A DNA stretch of 32,000 nt from Vibrio vulnificus CMCP6 (GCF_000039765.1 NC_004460.2:1-32000), one strand, 5' to 3'; counted from the stretch's first letter, positions 1 to 9,896 are shown. The notes: a model not told the origin generated them from the letters alone. Numbers and translations are program-made.

Positions 1-801
1 ATGGAAATGGGCGTCGATTGGTTAACTCTCAACGCGGCCGGTTTCTTTGATGCTGTCGCTTTCTTTTTGGAAAGCATCATTTTATTCGTCGTGGACCTGT
101 TTAAATGGATGCCGCCAGCGATGCCAATTATCGCTACAGCGCTGATCGCTTGGTTTCTGCATCGCAGTATTGGGTTAGTCCTCTTTGTGGTCTTGGCTCT
201 GCTGACCATTTTAAATCTTGGCTACTGGCAAGAAATGCTGGAAACCTTTGTTTTGGTCTTCGCCGCGACAACGATTTCCGTATTAATTGGTGTGCCGATT
301 GGGATCATGGCTGCGCATCGTCGTTGGATATACACCTTGCTAAGGCCAATACTTGACCTGATGCAAACCGTGCCGACTTTTGTTTACTTGATTCCTACTT
401 TGGTGTTATTTGGCTTGGGCATTGTACCTGGGCTTATCTCAACCATTATTTTTGCTATCGCCGCGCCGATACGTTTGACCTACCTCGGCATTACCAAAGT
501 GCCGGAAGAGTTGGTTGAAGCGGGCAAAGCTTTTGGCGCTAACCGGCTGAAGTTACTGCTTAAAGTAGAACTGCCTGCCGCTTTGCCTAGCATAATGGCC
601 GGTATTACTCAGTGCATTATGTTGTCGCTTTCTATGGTGGTGATTGCTGCGCTCGTTGGTGCGGATGGATTAGGCAAACCTGTGGTTCGCGCGCTCAACA
701 CAGTGAACATCGCTCAAGGTTTTGAAGCCGGTTTGGCGATCGTTCTGGTGGCGATAATTTTGGATCGCCTTTGTAAAACACCTCAGCAGAAGGAGGCCTA
801 A
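1..801 (+). CDS. proW: Osmoprotectant (glycine betaine/proline/choline-type) ABC transporter permease, ProW/ChoW-like; probably 5'-truncated by window edge
   Basis: The frame is open from base 1. The product is a multi-TM permease with the conserved cytoplasmic loop of binding-protein-dependent ABC permeases (EELVEAGKAFGANRLKLLLKVELPAALPSIMAG). A ProV-like ATPase gene starts 3 nt after its stop. An ATG sits at base 1, but family members usually have more N-terminal sequence. Confidence 0.8.
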   Translation: MEMGVDWLTLNAAGFFDAVAFFLESIILFVVDLFKWMPPAMPIIATALIAWFLHRSIGLVLFVVLALLTILNLGYWQEMLETFVLVFAATTISVLIGVPIGIMAAHRRWIYTLLRPILDLMQTVPTFVYLIPTLVLFGLGIVPGLISTIIFAIAAPIRLTYLGITKVPEELVEAGKAFGANRLKLLLKVELPAALPSIMAGITQCIMLSLSMVVIAALVGADGLGKPVVRALNTVNIAQGFEAGLAIVLVAIILDRLCKTPQQKEA

Positions 802-803
802 TC

Positions 804-1997
804 ATGGATGCCATTACAATTGAGAATGTTGATGTGGTTTTTGGCGATAAGCCAGAGCACGCTTTGGCGCTGCTCGATCAAGGTAAAACGCGCCAAGAAA
901 TCATTGATGAAGCAGGCCAAGTGGTGGGGGTGAACAAGGTTTCTCTCTCAATCAAAGAAGGCGAAATCTGTGTGTTGATGGGTTTGTCCGGTTCAGGTAA
1001 GTCGAGCTTATTGAGAGCGGTGAACGGCTTGAACAGCATTTCTCGTGGGTCGTTGCGTATAAAAGATGGGGACCAACAGGTCGACCTAGCGCAATGTGAC
1101 GAAGCAACGTTAAGGCATTTACGAACGCATCGTGTTTCCATGGTTTTCCAAAAGTTTGCGCTGATGCCTTGGCTCACGGTGCTCGACAATGTTGCGTTTG
1201 GCCTAGAAATGCAAGGTATGGCGAAAAAGCAACGCCGTAAAAAAGCCAAAGAACAGCTTGAAATGGTGGGGCTTTCGGAATGGCAGGATAAGTATCCACA
1301 TGAACTGTCGGGAGGCATGCAGCAACGTGTTGGCCTAGCGAGAGCGTTCGCGATGGACACCGATATTCTCTTGATGGACGAACCTTTTTCCGCCCTAGAT
1401 CCGTTGATTCGCGCTCAGTTACAAGATGAGCTGATTCAACTGCAGAAAAAAATGAACAAAACCATTCTCTTTGTCAGCCATGATTTAGACGAAGCGCTAA
1501 AAATTGGCAACAATATTGCGATCATGGAATCCGGATGCTTGATACAGCATGGCGCGCCAGAAGAGATTGTGTTGTCTCCAGAAACCGATTATGTGAAGGA
1601 TTTCGTGGCCCACACCAATCCTCTCAATGTTCTGAAAGGTCGTACTTTGATGCTCAGCAAAGAATCATTGACGCAGACTGATGGCGCATGGCAAGTGTGT
1701 GGTAGGCAGGATTTGTGGTTGGAGCAGTCGGACCAGCAGATGACATTACGCAATTCAGATAAGCGCCTGCTGGCTTGGCCTTGTGAGCAGCAAGATCCTG
1801 TGGTTGATGACAATGTGCTTCTTGTCGCTTCACCCGATCTGGATATGCGCGAGATGATCGCGTTGAAAAAGAAAAATAGGCAGCCGATTTTGTTGGCAGA
1901 AGATGATCAATTTGTTGGCGTGCTCGATACGGAACATATCTATCAGGCATTGCTTGGAAACTACCAAAGCAGCGCATCGGCGAATGGCTTGGCGTAG
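804..1997 (+). CDS. proV: Osmoprotectant ABC transporter ATP-binding subunit with C-terminal CBS-like tail (ProV/ChoV-like)
   Basis: Walker A GLSGSGKSS, ABC signature LSGGMQQRV and Walker B ILLMDEPFSALD are present. A C-terminal extension of about 120 aa follows, as in ProV/OpuAA. The permease-then-ATPase order fits X-W-V type operons (proXWV/choXWV). Confidence 0.9.
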   Translation: MDAITIENVDVVFGDKPEHALALLDQGKTRQEIIDEAGQVVGVNKVSLSIKEGEICVLMGLSGSGKSSLLRAVNGLNSISRGSLRIKDGDQQVDLAQCDEATLRHLRTHRVSMVFQKFALMPWLTVLDNVAFGLEMQGMAKKQRRKKAKEQLEMVGLSEWQDKYPHELSGGMQQRVGLARAFAMDTDILLMDEPFSALDPLIRAQLQDELIQLQKKMNKTILFVSHDLDEALKIGNNIAIMESGCLIQHGAPEEIVLSPETDYVKDFVAHTNPLNVLKGRTLMLSKESLTQTDGAWQVCGRQDLWLEQSDQQMTLRNSDKRLLAWPCEQQDPVVDDNVLLVASPDLDMREMIALKKKNRQPILLAEDDQFVGVLDTEHIYQALLGNYQSSASANGLA

Positions 1998-2031
1998 TTT
2001 TTAGTGATACTCACTCAATAGCGGAGTAAGA

Positions 2032-2071
2032 AACCAAGATGGTTTGTCATGCAAACCATCTTGGTTGTTTT
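2032..2071. terminator. Bidirectional rho-independent terminator between convergent proV and the DUF417 gene
   Basis: Perfect 15-bp inverted repeat AACCAAGATGGTTTG / CAAACCATCTTGGTT with a 5-nt loop. It is followed by GTTTT on the + strand and a T-rich run on the - strand. Confidence 0.7.
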
Positions 2072-2079
2072 GAAGGGGA

Positions 2080-2544
2080 CTAAGATTGTTGTTCCTTCAA
2101 CATCAATGCCTTACTGCGCTCAATTACACTGATTGCCACCGCAAGAAACAGAATATCTTTCACTAGGAAGAAGTTCGTGACCAAAATCCCATCTGAGACT
2201 TTCCACGCATTGGGTGTGGTGAGCAAAAAGCTCAGTGTTGCAACGAAAATAACGCTAGCTGCAATGCCAGACCAGTAACCAATCTGCGGTTTCTTCAGAC
2301 CGATAACCAAACCGATCGCAACAATAATTTCCGTTGCACCGATAAAGTTAGAGACCATTTGTACAGAGAAGAGGTTGTACAACCAACTCATTAATGGATG
2401 GTTCACGACTAAGGGTTCAATAAGCTTGGCTTCCGTTGGGGTAAACTTATAAACACCAATCCACAATAAAACCAATACCACCCCAAATACACCAAGAAGA
2501 TAGCCTAGGCCTTGTGCGCCTAAGTCAGTGTTTTGTTTTTTCAT
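2080..2544 (-). CDS. Small 4-TM inner-membrane protein, DUF417 (YkgB/RclC-like) family
   Basis: The hydrophobic 154-aa product reads like the DUF417 family. I prefer the ATG at 2544 (GGAG about 10 nt upstream) over the TTG at 2562 used by the ORF track. Confidence 0.7.
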   Translation of the reverse strand: MKKQNTDLGAQGLGYLLGVFGVVLVLLWIGVYKFTPTEAKLIEPLVVNHPLMSWLYNLFSVQMVSNFIGATEIIVAIGLVIGLKKPQIGYWSGIAASVIFVATLSFLLTTPNAWKVSDGILVTNFFLVKDILFLAVAISVIERSKALMLKEQQS

Positions 2545-2684
2545 TTTGCTTTTTCTCCACAATAAATAGCATCAAGATGACCGAGGGTGGAGGAAAAAAA
2601 TTCTTCCTGTGAGGTGTTTTTATCAAATTAATTTGGCGGAATCGTCGTACTGTTTTTGTCTCTCGATATAGAGAACAAAAAAGC

Positions 2685-2695
2685 GCCACAATGGC
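2685..2695. repeat. Target-site duplication, left copy (GCCACAATGGC, 11 bp)
   Basis: An identical 11-mer directly abuts the outer end of each terminal inverted repeat (2685-2695 and 4126-4136). Confidence 0.85.
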
Positions 2696-2713
2696 TAATG
2701 CCGATCAGTTAAG
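2696..2713 (+). repeat. IS left terminal inverted repeat (TAATGCCGATCAGTTAAG)
   Basis: The reverse complement of 4108-4125 is TAATGCCAGTCAGTTAAG, matching at 16 of 18 positions. Confidence 0.85.
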
Positions 2714-2752
2714 AGATAAATGATCGGTTGAACGATCCTGCAGATGGCTTAT

Positions 2753-2785
2753 AAAGGCTCTAAGTTTCTAAAACTTTGAGCCTTT
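2753..2785 (+). promoter_or_regulatory. Strong stem-loop immediately 5' of the transposase start codon (read-through block / translation control candidate)
   Basis: AAAGGCTC-t-AAGTTT-cta-AAACTT-t-GAGCCTTT gives 14 bp of stem with one T:T mismatch and a 3-nt loop. It is followed by TATT and then the TTG start at 2790. Confidence 0.45.
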
Positions 2786-2789
2786 TATT

Positions 2790-4112
2790 TTGCAATTAAC
2801 TACAGCCCTAACACTCGCCAATCGTTATGCCCCCAATACTGAACAACTTGGAAAACTCAGTGACATTCTTTGCCCTGATTTCATCAACCAATGCTTAGAA
2901 GCTTCTGGTGTGGCCACTATTCGTAAACGTCGTATCCCTCTCGACATGGCCGTTTGGGCGGTCGTTGCTATGTCGCTTTACCGACAAGAGCCTTTGTGGT
3001 CAATTGTCTCCAAAGCGCAATTAATGTTGCCCGGGAAGCGAAGTCTGGTTGCCCCTAGTGCTATCGTTCAAGCGAGACAACGGCTCGGGGCTGATGCAAT
3101 GAAAGAAGTATTTCATCAAAGCCAGAGCTTATGGAATGAAACAGCTGACCATCCGACTTGGTGTGGATTAAAACTCCTCGCTGTCGATGGCGTGGTATGG
3201 CGAACGCCAGACACTAAGGAAAACCGTGATGCGTTTCAATCTGCGTCAAATCAGAATGGTGAAGGTAGCTTTCCTCAGGTGCGTATGGTTTGCCAGATGG
3301 AGTTGACCAGTCACATGCTGGTCGCCAGTGCTTTCGCGAGTTACAAAACCAATGAGATGATATTGGCGGAACAGTTGATTGAAACAACACCAGACTACAG
3401 CCTCACAATGTTCGACAGAGGTTTTTACTCTCTTAGCCTTCTTCATCGTTGGGCAAATACAGGTAATGAAAGGCATTGGCTAATGCCAATGCGCAAGAAT
3501 ACCCAATTTACTGAAGTTAGAAAGCTGGGTCGCAATGATCGGATTGTCGAACTCAAGACAACGCCTCAAGCGAGAAAGAAGTCCCTGTCACTACCTGAAA
3601 CCATCGAAGTTCGCCTGATAAAGAAAACTATCAAAGGGAAAGAAGTGAGTATCTTGACCTCGATGACTGATCATCGTCGTTATCCGCCAGCGGAAATAGC
3701 AGAGCTTTACAGTCATAGATGGGAAATCGAAGTGGGATATCGTGAAATGAAGTCTTCACTTCTGAACAACGAGTTCACACTGAGAAGCAAGAAGCCAGAG
3801 ATGGTAAAACAAGAACTATGGGGCTTATTACTTAGCTATAACATTATTAGATATCAGATGGTTAACATGGCTAAAGCTGTGCCAGGCATCTACCCCAACC
3901 AACTGAGCTTCACAACGTGTGCTCACTCTATCATTCACGTAATTTTGGGGTTCTGGTTGGAGTCAGCGGGAACAATCCCTAAGCGCATTACTCACTTGCA
4001 AGAGGAGGCGATACACCATGTCTTGTCCATTAAACGAGAAGAGCGGATATATCCGAGAGCAATAAAACCAAAGGCAAAGAAATACCCCAATAAAAAAAGC
4101 CAGTCAGCTTAA
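2790..4112 (+). CDS. IS4-family DDE transposase (InsG-like), apparently intact
   Basis: It aligns by eye end to end with E. coli IS4 InsG. Shared blocks include the N-terminal IS4 domain ([19 protein letters not shown]), [36 protein letters not shown] and [16 protein letters not shown] (YREK signature). The TTG start aligns with the InsG N-terminus. The stop codon lies inside the right IR. Confidence 0.9.
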   Translation: MQLTTALTLANRYAPNTEQLGKLSDILCPDFINQCLEASGVATIRKRRIPLDMAVWAVVAMSLYRQEPLWSIVSKAQLMLPGKRSLVAPSAIVQARQRLGADAMKEVFHQSQSLWNETADHPTWCGLKLLAVDGVVWRTPDTKENRDAFQSASNQNGEGSFPQVRMVCQMELTSHMLVASAFASYKTNEMILAEQLIETTPDYSLTMFDRGFYSLSLLHRWANTGNERHWLMPMRKNTQFTEVRKLGRNDRIVELKTTPQARKKSLSLPETIEVRLIKKTIKGKEVSILTSMTDHRRYPPAEIAELYSHRWEIEVGYREMKSSLLNNEFTLRSKKPEMVKQELWGLLLSYNIIRYQMVNMAKAVPGIYPNQLSFTTCAHSIIHVILGFWLESAGTIPKRITHLQEEAIHHVLSIKREERIYPRAIKPKAKKYPNKKSQSA

Positions 4113-4121
4113 CTGACTGGC
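4092..4121 (-). terminator. IS right-end hairpin plus T-run, oriented to stop transcripts entering from ppsA
   Basis: On the - strand this reads GCCAGTCAG-ttaag-CTGACTGGC followed by TTTTTTT, a canonical intrinsic terminator geometry. It overlaps the right IR and the transposase stop codon. Confidence 0.5.
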
Positions 4122-4125
4122 ATTA
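4108..4125 (-). repeat. IS right terminal inverted repeat
   Basis: CTTAACTGACTGGCATTA on the + strand is the inverted partner of 2696-2713. Confidence 0.85.
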
Positions 4126-4136
4126 GCCACAATGGC
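4126..4136. repeat. Target-site duplication, right copy (GCCACAATGGC)
   Basis: Identical to 2685-2695. Removing the IS and one copy restores the perfect palindrome AAAAAAGCGCCA-CAA-TGGCGCTTTTTT. Confidence 0.85.
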
Positions 4137-4162
4137 GCTTTTTTATTAGGTAGAGGGAGCGT

Positions 4163-6535
4163 TTACTTATGGTTCGCTTTGCCCAATTGAATCCAAGTAT
4201 CGATCACCGTATCTGGATTGAGCGAGACGGAGCTGATGCCTTGTTCCATCAACCACTCAGCGAAATCTTCATGGTCTGATGGGCCTTGTCCACAAATACC
4301 GACGTATTTGCCCGCTTTGGTTGCGGCATCAATCGCCATTTTCAGCATCGCTTTCACGGCTGGGTTACGCTCATCAAACAGATGTGCGACATCACCAGAG
4401 TCACGATCTAGGCCCAAGGTCAGTTGCGTCATGTCGTTTGAACCGATCGAGAAACCATCAAAGTACTTGAGGAACTCATCGGCCAACACGGCATTGGAAG
4501 GCAGTTCGCACATCATGATCACTTTTAACCCTTGCTCGCCACGGCGAAGATCGAACTTCGCAAGTAGGTCAACCACCTGAGCCGCTTCACTTGGCGTGCG
4601 AACAAATGGAATCATGATTTCGACGTTCTTCAAGCCCATCTCATTGCGAACGCGCTTGATCGCTTGAGTTTCAAGCTCGAAGCAATCTTCAAACACTGGA
4701 GAGATATAGCGTGAAGCACCACGGAAACCGAGCATCGGGTTCTCCTCATGTGGCTCATAGGCTTTACCGCCGACCAAGTTACTGTACTCGTTAGACTTAA
4801 AGTCGGACATACGCACGATCACGCGTTTTGGCCAGAAAGCCGAGGCGATGGTAGCAATCCCTTCCGTCAACTTGCTGACGTAGAAGTCGATAGGGTCTTG
4901 GTAACCACGAATGCGTTGGGTGATTTCGGCCTTCAAGCTTTCCGATTGTTGGTCGAAGTTAAGCAGCGCTTTCGGGTGAATACCAATCATCTTGTTGATG
5001 ATGAATTCAAGGCGAGCAAGACCGACGCCTTCGTTCGGGATTTGCGCGAAATCGAATGCGCGATCTGGGTTGCCGACGTTCATCATCACTTTAGTTGGCA
5101 GCATCGGCAGTTCATCAACCGATGAGCGGCGCACTTCAAAATCGAGTTGGCCTTGGTAGACATAACCGGTTTCGCCTTCTGCGCAGGAGACAGTGACCAA
5201 GTCACCATCTGTCAGTTGGCTGGTGGCATTGCCACAACCCACGATGGCCGGAATACCGAGTTCGCGCGCAATGATCGCTGCGTGGCACGTACGGCCACCA
5301 CGGTTAGTGACAATCGCTGAGGCTTTCTTCATCACAGGCTCCCAATCTGGGTCTGTCATGTCCGTGACAAGAACATCGCCTGTTTGAACCAAAGACATTT
5401 GATCCAATGAATCCACCAAACGCACCACACCAGAACCAATGCGTTGACCAATGGCTCGGCCTTCAATCAGTACTTCCGCTTTGTGGCTCAATTCATAGCG
5501 CTCGATGACGTTAGCGTCAGACTGAGAGCAGACCGTCTCAGGACGAGCCTGCACAATGTAAAGCTGACCATCAATGCCATCTTTGGCCCATTCAATGTCC
5601 ATTGGGCGTTGGTAGTGCTTCTCAATGATCATCGCTTGCTTGGCCAGTTCAACGATTTCAGCGTCGGTGAGGGAAAACTGGTTACGCTCAGCCTCTGAGG
5701 TATCGACAATCTCAACTTGCTTACCAATCACTTGGCTGTTGGCGTAGATCATCTTACTCAGTTTGGAACCAAAGGTTTTCTTCACAATGGGGGCTTGGCC
5801 CGCTTCAAGCAGCGGTTTGTGCACGTAGAACTCATCAGGGTTCACCGCACCTTGCACGACCATTTCACCTAAGCCCCAAGCAGAAGTGATAAACACCACT
5901 TTGTCGAAGCCAGATTCGGTATCCAGCGTAAACATCACGCCCGAAGCGGCTTTGTCTGAACGTACCATGCGCTGAATGCCCGCCGAAAGCGCAATGCCTC
6001 GGTGGTCAAATCCTTGATGGACGCGATACGAAATCGCGCGATCGTTAAATAAGGATGCATAAACGTGTTTCGTTGCTTCTAATACCGCATCGATACCACG
6101 TACGTTAAGGAAGGTTTCTTGTTGACCAGCAAACGACGCGTCGGGGAGATCTTCCGCGGTCGCAGAAGAGCGGACCGCGACAGAAATTTCATCGTTTCCA
6201 TCGGTCAGTGTTGAGTAATTTTCACGGATGTCCTGCTCGAGGTCAGCAGGGAATGGGGCTTCTAAAACCCATTGACGAATCGTTGCGCCTGTCTTACGCA
6301 GAGCGTCCACATCATCGACATCCAGTTCATCCAGCAGTTGGTGGATACGCTCATCCAGTCCTTCGTAGTCAAGGAACTGGTTAAAAGCGTATGAGGTTGT
6401 CGCAAAACCGTTAGGTACCGACACACCAGCATTGGCGAGGTTAGACACCATTTCGCCAAGAGATGCGTTCTTACCGCCGACCTTATCGACATCTTCCATG
6501 GATAGGCTATTGAACCAGAGGGTGTTCTTTTGCAT
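4163..6535 (-). CDS. ppsA: Phosphoenolpyruvate synthase
   Basis: The 790-aa product is collinear with E. coli PpsA. It has the N-terminal [24 protein letters not shown], the phosphohistidine region [24 protein letters not shown] and a C-terminal PEP-utilising domain. I set the start at ATG 6535 (GGAG 6 nt upstream). The ORF-track extension to 6619 is unsupported. Confidence 0.95.
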   Translation of the reverse strand: MQKNTLWFNSLSMEDVDKVGGKNASLGEMVSNLANAGVSVPNGFATTSYAFNQFLDYEGLDERIHQLLDELDVDDVDALRKTGATIRQWVLEAPFPADLEQDIRENYSTLTDGNDEISVAVRSSATAEDLPDASFAGQQETFLNVRGIDAVLEATKHVYASLFNDRAISYRVHQGFDHRGIALSAGIQRMVRSDKAASGVMFTLDTESGFDKVVFITSAWGLGEMVVQGAVNPDEFYVHKPLLEAGQAPIVKKTFGSKLSKMIYANSQVIGKQVEIVDTSEAERNQFSLTDAEIVELAKQAMIIEKHYQRPMDIEWAKDGIDGQLYIVQARPETVCSQSDANVIERYELSHKAEVLIEGRAIGQRIGSGVVRLVDSLDQMSLVQTGDVLVTDMTDPDWEPVMKKASAIVTNRGGRTCHAAIIARELGIPAIVGCGNATSQLTDGDLVTVSCAEGETGYVYQGQLDFEVRRSSVDELPMLPTKVMMNVGNPDRAFDFAQIPNEGVGLARLEFIINKMIGIHPKALLNFDQQSESLKAEITQRIRGYQDPIDFYVSKLTEGIATIASAFWPKRVIVRMSDFKSNEYSNLVGGKAYEPHEENPMLGFRGASRYISPVFEDCFELETQAIKRVRNEMGLKNVEIMIPFVRTPSEAAQVVDLLAKFDLRRGEQGLKVIMMCELPSNAVLADEFLKYFDGFSIGSNDMTQLTLGLDRDSGDVAHLFDERNPAVKAMLKMAIDAATKAGKYVGICGQGPSDHEDFAEWLMEQGISSVSLNPDTVIDTWIQLGKANHK

Positions 6536-6708
6536 GTCTTTCTCCAGAAACATTGCAGCTTTCGTAGGGATAGGCAAACGATTACGCGAAGGCTCAAAAA
6601 AAGAGAAATCAATTTTCAAAGCTGTGGGGCACGTAATGGCATGCCTGGGTTTATTATTTGTATTATGGTTAACATCCTACTCAAAATATTTTTAAGTTTT
6701 AAACAAAA

Positions 6709-7542
6709 ATGCAAACAGAAAAGCAAAGTCGTGATGTGTTCTACGTTTCTGACGGAACGGCAATTACCTGTGAAACGTTAGGGCACGTCGTTTTGGGGCA
6801 GTTCCCCTTTGTGGCCAATGAGAAAACCTTTCCATTCGTCGAAAGTGAAGAGAAACTCACTGAATTAATCAAACACATTGAAATTTCATTCCAAACCAAT
6901 GGGATAAAACCTCTGGTGTTCTTTTCTTTGGTGTTGCCCGATCTCAAAGCGCGTTTAATGGAGTCTCCGGCGTATTGCTACGATGTGTTGGAAAGCATTG
7001 TGCAGCGGGTGAAAGATGATATCCAAATGGAACCGACGCCAAAGTTGCAACGCTCGCGCAGTGTCGGAAAAGACACCGATACCTATTTTGATCGTATTGC
7101 GGCGATTGAGTACACCTTGGCGCACGACGATGGCATTTCGCTAAAAGGTTTAGAGCTGGCGGACATTATTTTGCTGGGCGTTTCACGCAGTGGCAAAACA
7201 CCCACCAGTTTATACATGGCGATGCAGTTTGGTTTGCGGGTGGTGAATTACCCTTATATTGATGACGACATCAAGGGGCTGAAACTGTTACCGGAGTTTG
7301 AAATTCATCGTCATAAATTGTTTGGTTTGACGATTGATCCCGAGCGGTTGACCGAGATTCGCGAAAACCGTTTGGCGGGCAGTGATTACGCTAGCACCGA
7401 GCAGTGTCAGCATGAACTGGCCAATGTTGAAGCCTTGTTCAGGCGTGAAGCCATTCCGTATATCAATACGACATCGCTGTCTGTTGAAGAGATTTCGACC
7501 AGAGTGCTTGAAAAAACGGGCTTAAAGCGCCGCTTGTTCTAA
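6709..7542 (+). CDS. ppsR: PEP synthase regulatory protein (bifunctional kinase/pyrophosphorylase, DUF299)
   Basis: The 277-aa product is collinear with E. coli PpsR/YdiA ([19 protein letters not shown]-loop [26 protein letters not shown]). It is divergent from ppsA, as in enterobacteria. Confidence 0.93.
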   Translation: MQTEKQSRDVFYVSDGTAITCETLGHVVLGQFPFVANEKTFPFVESEEKLTELIKHIEISFQTNGIKPLVFFSLVLPDLKARLMESPAYCYDVLESIVQRVKDDIQMEPTPKLQRSRSVGKDTDTYFDRIAAIEYTLAHDDGISLKGLELADIILLGVSRSGKTPTSLYMAMQFGLRVVNYPYIDDDIKGLKLLPEFEIHRHKLFGLTIDPERLTEIRENRLAGSDYASTEQCQHELANVEALFRREAIPYINTTSLSVEEISTRVLEKTGLKRRLF

Positions 7543-7586
7543 GCAGACTCTAGGAACGTGCAACCCAAAAAGGAACAAGAAACAGG

Positions 7587-8600
7587 ATGAACCAAGCGAT
7601 AACCGCCCCAGAGACGCTAATAGATGGCCAAGGCCAGCCACGCTATGGTCATTTTGAACAGATGGTCCGTGAGTTAGCGCCGGAGCAGTTTGATTACCGT
7701 AATGTGATGGATAAATCGGCCAGTAAATTGGCGCGTTATTTCCACTACAAACAATTTCAGTTTGTCAGTGTTGTGAGCGAACGTTATCTCATTGGTATGG
7801 CGATCGCAGACATTCGCTATCTCTGTTCGGCATTTTGCTATGTGGTTGACCTTGAAACGGTTCAGTTGGTTGAGCAAAACTGGCTACGGCCGCTGTTTTT
7901 CGATAGTAGCATGCAGGCTTCGCCCTATGAGGGGAAAGCGCATATTGCCAATCAAGCGCTCATGTTTGACATCAAACAAGGCCAGTGGCGAGTCGTGCTC
8001 AATACCAAATGGGTGAAGGCCAATATGGTATTGCTGGTAGAAAACAACGAACGGCCGTTAGCCATGTGTACGCCTACCGGCTATCAAGGTTGGACTTACA
8101 CACAAAAGCACAACGCGCTCAAGGTGGGTGGTGAGTTAAGCGTGTTCGGCAAAGCCGTTGAGCTTAAAACCGCCTTGGCAGGGTATGACTTTTCTGCGGG
8201 GTATATGCGCAGAGAAACCAGTTGGCGTTGGGCGAGCATTAACACTCAGCAGCAGGGCATTCGCCTAGGCTTGAATCTCGCGGCAGGGGTGAACGAGACC
8301 GGAGGTTGTGAAAACGTACTTTGGGTTGAGGGAGAGCGGCATTTTCTTCCAGCGGTCTATTTCGATTTTGATCGTTTGAAGCCAAACGACGCTTGGCGTA
8401 TATACAGTGCAGACAAACGCATTGATCTGACGTTTACCCCCATGAACTGCCGAAAAGAAAAGCTCAACTTGCTGGTGCTCAAAAGTAACTTTCGCCAATT
8501 TGTTGGCCATTTCGACGGTGTGCTCAAAGGCGATGATGGTGCCGAGCACCGATTGGAAAACGTACTGGGTTTAACCGAAGATCACTTTGCCTGCTGGTGA
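7587..8600 (+). CDS. Conserved hypothetical protein (possibly DUF2804 family)
   Basis: A clean 337-aa ORF with AGGA-type RBS context (aaacaggATG) and normal composition. The family assignment is from memory of similar proteins and is unverified. Confidence 0.5.
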   Translation: MNQAITAPETLIDGQGQPRYGHFEQMVRELAPEQFDYRNVMDKSASKLARYFHYKQFQFVSVVSERYLIGMAIADIRYLCSAFCYVVDLETVQLVEQNWLRPLFFDSSMQASPYEGKAHIANQALMFDIKQGQWRVVLNTKWVKANMVLLVENNERPLAMCTPTGYQGWTYTQKHNALKVGGELSVFGKAVELKTALAGYDFSAGYMRRETSWRWASINTQQQGIRLGLNLAAGVNETGGCENVLWVEGERHFLPAVYFDFDRLKPNDAWRIYSADKRIDLTFTPMNCRKEKLNLLVLKSNFRQFVGHFDGVLKGDDGAEHRLENVLGLTEDHFACW

Positions 8601-8621
8601 GAGGCTTAAGAGGCAGTAAAA

Positions 8622-8643
8622 CCCGCCACAGTGGTGTGGCGGG
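8622..8643. terminator. Hairpin between convergent genes (candidate bidirectional terminator)
   Basis: CCCGCCACA-gtgg-TGTGGCGGG, a 9-bp GC-rich stem between the stop at 8600 (+) and the stop at 8667 (-). The U-tracts are weak. Confidence 0.5.
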
Positions 8644-8666
8644 TGGAGATATAACGAAGTCGGGGT

Positions 8667-9896
8667 CTACTTAAACAGCAGCTCTACTTCTTTGATGATG
8701 CCAGTGTCTTTTTCGTAGTCGTCTGAGACAAGTACTTTCCATTGGCCCAGCACATCACTCTTTTCAACATCATTGAGCGTGAAAAGAACATGGTAGCGAT
8801 TACCACGATCACGACCATTGCTCTCTTTTAGTGACCACTGTTTGCCAGAAGGAGCCACTAGAGAGACAGAAACATCGCCAATAAACTGATGCTCGATGTT
8901 GACGCGAATGGTGGCTTTCGTTAACTCACCTTGATAATTCACATCAAAAGGTAGCTCGAGTTGCGTTGCATCGGGCAAGGCGCGTGGCGATTCAAGCAAG
9001 TATTGATTTTTACCTGTTGTAGCGGTTGGTGGCGTTACGGTGTCTGTTGTGCCGTCATCTGGAGTCGCTGTTTTTGAAGCGTAAATACTCGCGACGTGCG
9101 GTGCACTCAAGCCAATAGCACGTACGGCGTTCGCGTAATCTTTCTTACCGCAAGGTGTGCCTTCACACTGCTTGTCTGGTGTAGAGAAAGTGTACGAGCG
9201 ACCACGAACGCCAAACAAGAAGCCGTAAGCCATGGTGGTGGCAAACTTGTTTTTTACGCCATAACCATACGCATCTTTTTCCGTGCCGTTTCTGAAATGC
9301 GGCGTATTGGAATATTGCTCGTGCGCGTGGTTTAAGCCCCAGTTGTGGCCGAGTTCGTGGATAAAGGTGTCATCGCCACACTGGTTCATGTAGGAATGGC
9401 TGTACATGCGACTTTTGGCATAGCGGGGGTTAGAGCGCCAATTAGACGCTGGGATCACCCATGCTAGACCACAGCTGATGAGGCCTTCTTTGGCATCGTA
9501 ATCTGGTGTGTTCTTGAGATCGAGGTTACGGAACATCGCGACCATATCTGCACCCGCTTTCTTTCGCTCACTTTCGATATCGCTAAAAATAGGATCTTGG
9601 GCACGGCTTGGCGTCATGGCATCGAGCGCTTGTTCTTGCGATTTCTTCATACCCGCTTGCGAGTCAAAGTTGTATTCTTTTGTTGCTACAAGATTCACCT
9701 TAATATCAAGGCCACTGTTTTTTAATATAAGGTTTCCCACGTTGAAACGATGTTGAATCGCAGCAAGTTGATCTTGTTCAAACCATTCAGATGTCGCTTT
9801 TGTATACACGCCTAGCACATCAATTTGCGTTGTTTCAGCCACTGCAGGCACAGCAATGCCTGACGCTATGGCAAACGCCAATAACGTTCTTTTCAT
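8667..9896 (-). CDS. Secreted zinc metalloprotease (metzincin, reprolysin-like) with C-terminal proprotein-convertase P-domain
   Basis: Signal peptide MKRTLLAFAIASGIAVPAVA, extended zinc motif HELGHNWGLNH (HExxHxxGxxH) and a T/P-rich linker (TPDDGTTDTVTPPTATT). The P-domain-like C-terminus reads IRVNIEHQFIGDVSVSLVAPSGKQW...LGQWKVLVSDDYEKDTG. AGGAA RBS. Confidence 0.85.
   Translation of the reverse strand: MKRTLLAFAIASGIAVPAVAETTQIDVLGVYTKATSEWFEQDQLAAIQHRFNVGNLILKNSGLDIKVNLVATKEYNFDSQAGMKKSQEQALDAMTPSRAQDPIFSDIESERKKAGADMVAMFRNLDLKNTPDYDAKEGLISCGLAWVIPASNWRSNPRYAKSRMYSHSYMNQCGDDTFIHELGHNWGLNHAHEQYSNTPHFRNGTEKDAYGYGVKNKFATTMAYGFLFGVRGRSYTFSTPDKQCEGTPCGKKDYANAVRAIGLSAPHVASIYASKTATPDDGTTDTVTPPTATTGKNQYLLESPRALPDATQLELPFDVNYQGELTKATIRVNIEHQFIGDVSVSLVAPSGKQWSLKESNGRDRGNRYHVLFTLNDVEKSDVLGQWKVLVSDDYEKDTGIIKEVELLFK

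Larger units (their letters stand above)
2696..4125 (+). mobile_element. Intact IS4-family (IS4 subgroup) insertion sequence, 1430 bp
   Basis: 18-bp terminal inverted repeats (16/18 match), a flanking 11-bp direct repeat, and a single 440-aa transposase ORF collinear with E. coli IS4 InsG. The size, IR length and duplication length match the published IS4 description (about 1.4 kb, 18-bp IRs, 11-13 bp duplications). Confidence 0.9.

Noticed and set aside
878-1360. 160-aa antisense ORF inside proV. Similar shadow ORFs occur at 1589-1977, 4218-5698, 11961-12497, 14133-14895, 16653-16965, 17608-18006, 18306-19052, 22071-22367, 24339-24752, 27056-27844 and 28029-29231.
   Set aside because: Each lies wholly within, and antisense or out of frame to, a gene with strong family-level motifs. 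They have no RBS, odd composition (Cys/Arg/Ser-rich) and no recognisable domains. This is typical of shadow ORFs.
6536-6619. N-terminal 28-codon extension of ppsA in the ORF track
   Set aside because: The PpsA family alignment starts at [11 protein letters not shown], and GGAG precedes the ATG at 6535. The extension has no RBS and would consume the divergent promoter region.
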